NCBI RefSeq assembly: GCF_964204645.1
Contig: NC_134025.1
Coordinates: 19,195,101 to 19,259,100, forward strand
Length of the DNA stretch: 64,000 nt
Source of the DNA: Tubulanus polymorphus
Taxonomy: Eukaryota; Animalia; Nemertea
Direction of reading: 5' to 3'
The notes under the pieces are model-generated. The model searched no databases and was not told the DNA's origin. It was given only the letters and a program-made list of their open reading frames with translations. The position numbers were made by a program, and so were the translations under genes. Positions 59,767 to 64,000 of this stretch are shown piece after piece (positions within the stretch are counted from its first letter, which is position 1; each line of letters starts with the position of its first letter).

Positions 59767-59785
59767 AATGATAATAATGATTGAT
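59540..59785. repeat. AAT-rich low-complexity tract, probable LINE 3' tail
   Basis: Degenerate (AAT)n downstream of the minus-strand LINE end. Confidence 0.75.
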
Positions 59786-62147
59786 AACAAATATGGAGAA
59801 AACATATGCCACAGATAATAATGATTACAAAGATAGATAGTCTAATATAGCAACAATTAACTAGACAAGACTAAACACATACCAAGTTTTTCCTCAAAAG
59901 GCAATGAATAATTACACGTATTTCAGTAATGTTTGTTTTTTAAATTGGAATGATAGTGAATTTATGCTTGTGGATGAACGGATAACATTCGGAGTATTTC
60001 GCCAAATACTAGGCATCTGAGCTAAGAAAGATTTAGTGTATAATTTGGATTTATGGAAAGCAGCTCGCGCATAGTTAAACTGTCTGGTATTGTGGGAGTG
60101 GAAGTTAAAATTATGATGAAATAAATTTCGCAGTGGAGATGGGAGGGAGTTATTAGAGTGTATTGAAATCCTAATTTGATAATTTCCAGTTGAATCAGAT
60201 CATGGAATTTAAGTATTTTGTATTTTTTGAAGATAGGACCTGTTGGGGCGTTATGAGCTGAGTTTTCGATGAGTCTTAGTGCTTTTTTTCTGAATAGTAA
60301 AGAGACCTTTGGATTGACTAGATGATAACAATGGCCCCCACGCAATAAGTGCATACGTTAGGTGACTTTGGATATAGCTTATATATAACAATTTTTTAGT
60401 CCAGCTGGGAATGAGATTTTTTAAGCTTCTAAAAAGATATAAATTTTTGTTCAATTTGTTAATTAATTGTTTTACATGAGGTTCCCAATTTAGACGATCA
60501 TCAATTAGCAAACCGAGAAATTTAGTAGAGTTTACTATGTCAAGAGAGTGTTTTACAAATGCTATTTTGTATAATGATTTGTCAATGGTTTTATCTTTTG
60601 AAAAAAGTAAGCACTTTGTCTTATCTATGTTAAGATTTTGGTCCATTCCTAATATCATTTCGCACTTTTCATTCTTTCATGATGTCAATGGTAACATTTT
60701 GGGATTTAAGTTTTTCAATCAATATTTTGAGTTGGTCAAATTTGTTGATAAGACTATGTATGTTAAGTTGAATTATATTAAGGTTATTCGTATTCATACT
60801 GAAATGGTTTTTTAACTCGTGCAATTTGAGGTATGGGCATTGATTACTGAACATTTCCAATTCACTATCATTATCTAGTAAATTGTTGAGCTGAAAATTT
60901 TCATTTTCCTTTAATCTGTCTAAATATGTAAAAAAGTTTGTGTTACCGAGACACATGTTTAATTAATTCATACCACGGTCAAATAAGGATTATGAATCAG
61001 GGTAAAGAATAAAAAATAATTATAAAATAAATAAATAAATATAAATATAAATATAAATACAATTCCAGAACTTGGATGTATGAGTATAGGTCAGAAATGC
61101 ATGACTGCTTTATGGACATGGTTTACATGGTACACAATATATTGATCTACGAATGAATGGCCTACTCAGTAGTTTATATATTTATATACGCTTTTCGGAA
61201 CAGTTCATCGTAAAGATCATAAAGACACTACAGTTTACTCGCTCGTTGATTGTATTGTTTTCTCGAAGTCCGCATAACCACATAAATGAATTTTGATGTC
61301 ATCGATGATGGCCCATACCTTCCCATCCAGTGACCACACTGCCGATACTTATTCGTTTTTATATAGAAATTTAACAGTCAGCTCTCGGTTGGGTCAGGTC
61401 TTCGGATATCGAAATTTTCGAACTTTTTAGTTTGCGTCGATTTTTTAGAATGTTCACTTTATCTAAGTGTCGGGCGAATTTGACAATCATTGGTCTCGGC
61501 TTCCGGGGGTCTCTAGATTTTCTTCCGACGCGATGAATCCGATCTATTTGTAGAGGTTCGACTATTATATCTAGTTTTGTTTTGAATATATTAATGCATT
61601 TCGATAGGCAATCCTCATTGTCTACTTCTATCAAATTGAAGATTCGTAACGAGTTGCGCCGAGTATACATCTCGAGTTCCTCTGTTGCTGAATTTGATTT
61701 GAAGACGCAGTTATCGTATTCGGAGCTTTAAATTTGGTTTTGACTATTTCAATCTCCGAACTTAGTGATTGAATTTTATCGTTTATGGATGTTTGAAGGT
61801 TGTCGATTGATTTGCCCTGGTCGAAAAGCATGGAATGTAGTTTGTCAAACTTGTCTTCGATGATTTGTTGAATGTCGCTTTTAAATTGTACTAAGAGTGG
61901 ATTTTACTATCAACGTTATTAAGTTCTTGATGCTATCGGACGATAAAGCTTCCATTACATTTGCCTCAATTAATTCCTGAGCAAGAGATGGCTCATTTGA
62001 ACTCTTAGATGTTCTGTCAGTAAACACATCGTCATCACCAGTTCAGTTGCGACTAGCTGTTTTCTGCTTCTTTTTATCGTCTGATGTGGTGGAGGAGGAC
62101 TGCTCAAAGATCTCGCAAGAGTTGTTTTTTCTTCGTTTCCTACCCAT
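59786..62147 (-). mobile_element. CR1/L2-group LINE, internally deleted copy keeping the 3' end
   Basis: ORF1 and APE start joined at 60633 to LNIDKTK..TKFLGLLIDDRLNW..QSHLTY..IQKKALR. Confidence 0.85.
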
Positions 62148-64000
62148 TTTGCGCGGCTGAACTATTTATTAAGCGATCCTTTCACGATCAAACGAACATT
62201 TGACGAACAAATTGAAATGATCATACATACGAGAATGACGACAGTGACTTAAATCCGTACAGTGACGATGACGATCACGATCATGAACAGTTGAGCTGCA
62301 CTTCTGACGACTTTATGAACGGAGCGTCATGGGACTGGCTACCACATTGCCGCCATGTTGAATGACATTATGAATATTGAATAGATTCATATTCGTTTAC
62401 TATTTATCATTTTTCATAGTCATTTAAGACTCAGTAGTTTATAAAACTAACACTTCAAAACTTTACAAAAACTTTCAATAAATTTCTACAGCCTTTACAA
62501 CAAATATTCAAAGGAATAATGTTTTTCGATTAAAGTTTCACGCTGCAGAAGAGTTTTGATAGATTACATCACAAATCTTTCACAAACATTATTTCTAAGT
62601 TTTAAATAGGATGGATGATAGTCTAGTACTTAGCCGTTGTTCCAGAAACAACGTCTAGGGCGAAAGTGCTCATATAAGGTTAATTTTCGTCCCTCATTTT
62701 GAGGGACGAGGCTTTGAGCGTCTATTTCACCCCTTAAAACACCATCAACTTACCTCAAACTGACTGTTCTGTAATCAGACGGAAGTTACCTATTGTTTGT
62801 GCATAGATTTGTAATCCTAAGTAGCTTTTGACGATCGTAGTAGCTCAAAACTTTTGACTTGTCGCCTCAAAAAATGGTTTAAGTGAGCAACATAACAAAT
62901 ATGGCGGCTTTTCGTGGTGCATGAGGGGAGTGTAAATTACGGATTTGGACTTGAACTTGGACTGACATTATTGATGTCAATGCAGACATTATTCTTGTTT
63001 CAAATTCTTAAGGTTAAAATTGACCAAAATTTATGCGTTTCATCAACAAAAAATAACATTTAGAGTAATTTTAGAGAGACATATTGAATTTTTCACATTT
63101 TATTAATTTAGTCCGTATTGGAAATCCCGATAGTGGCAATCAATTCAATTCAAATCAAATCAATAAATTCTCTGGTTCGCGATTTAAATAATCAAAAATA
63201 TTGTCATAAAACACGTTTTCAAAGTCAACAAGGTAACTAATTGATTTATTTTAGTAAAAAGGTTTGATTTGACACTACAATCAGTTGTTGCATTGCAATT
63301 AACAGGAGTTAACCTCTATATGCGTCAGACGTTGTAGGGAACCGTAACAACGACTGGTATTCAGACTAGATGGATGAGGAAATATTCTAATTTTGTGACC
63401 AAAGGTGCTACCAATACGAGGTATATTTCAAGAAAAGAATTGAAATTGCTCTTGCGGCTAATTCTGTCTAAGTTTCATCAGTGGCTAATTCTGTCTAAGT
63501 TTCATCAGTTCATGTCAAAATATTCTTAGATCTAACCATGATGATTTAAACATCCGTGTTCCTTGCTGTTTACTAGAAAATGCCATAGATTGCTATTCAA
63601 ATCCTATTTCTGCGCTTAGTTTGAACGGATATGGTCTGTTCAACAGCTAATTATAATCATTGATATGTAGACTTTCAAAATCAAGAGGCATTTTGTCTCA
63701 ATTCGAATGCCAAATAGGTATAAAATTAAGTGGAATTGCTCTTGTAGCTTATTTCCTATTCATTTCTATAGACATCATTGCCGAGCCGTCACTTTAGTGA
63801 CGTAGTTCTATTTATAGACACGGTACCACGCGTTCGGCAGAAACAATGTATACACTGAACATCAATTCTGACTAGATTGAAAAGATTTTTTCAATTATGA
63901 AATCACCTAGCCTTATTGTATACTATAATATATCGTTTAGTGTAAAAAATAGGAAATCTTTAAAAAAGTTTCAGTTACCCTTTAAAGACTTATTCTTGGA

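Larger units (their letters stand above)
54607..64000. repeat. Large inverted duplication, arms 54607-57951 and 60633-64000 (runs off window)
   Basis: Arms are near-perfect reverse complements with scattered SNPs and a 21-bp indel; mirrored ORFs 57628/60669 and 56935/61371. Confidence 0.95.

Noticed and set aside
59156-59784. Asn/Ile-rich ORFs
   Set aside because: Off-frame RT sequence and translation of the AAT low-complexity tract

Overview
Repeat-dense eukaryotic DNA, most likely from an invertebrate animal (inferred from the repeat types). No recognisable host gene. Positions 5.7-45 kb are a cluster of Polinton/Maverick (adintovirus-like) elements from two families. An AT-rich element with both ends intact (B, 11753-28579; ~85-95 bp TIRs, 6-bp TSD TATACA) sits inside the integrase gene of a more GC-rich, adenain-encoding Polinton. 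Its protein-primed PolB carries an open 352-aa intein with LAGLIDADG homing-endonuclease motifs at the YFD/TDS catalytic motif, while a sister copy 5.7 kb upstream has the empty site. Most genes of the AT-rich family start at a poxvirus-like T-run...TAAATG motif, and the family carries a conserved GC-rich multi-hairpin island. The GC-rich family instead has a predicted spliced gene and YY1/ETS/CRE repeats. The rest of the window holds a decayed BEL/Pao LTR element with three nested DNA elements (one a Merlin/IS1595-type transposon), Helentron-like repeats, MITEs, a solo LTR and a >=3.3 kb inverted duplication containing CR1/L2-like LINE pieces. All family assignments come from motif recognition by eye; no searches were run.
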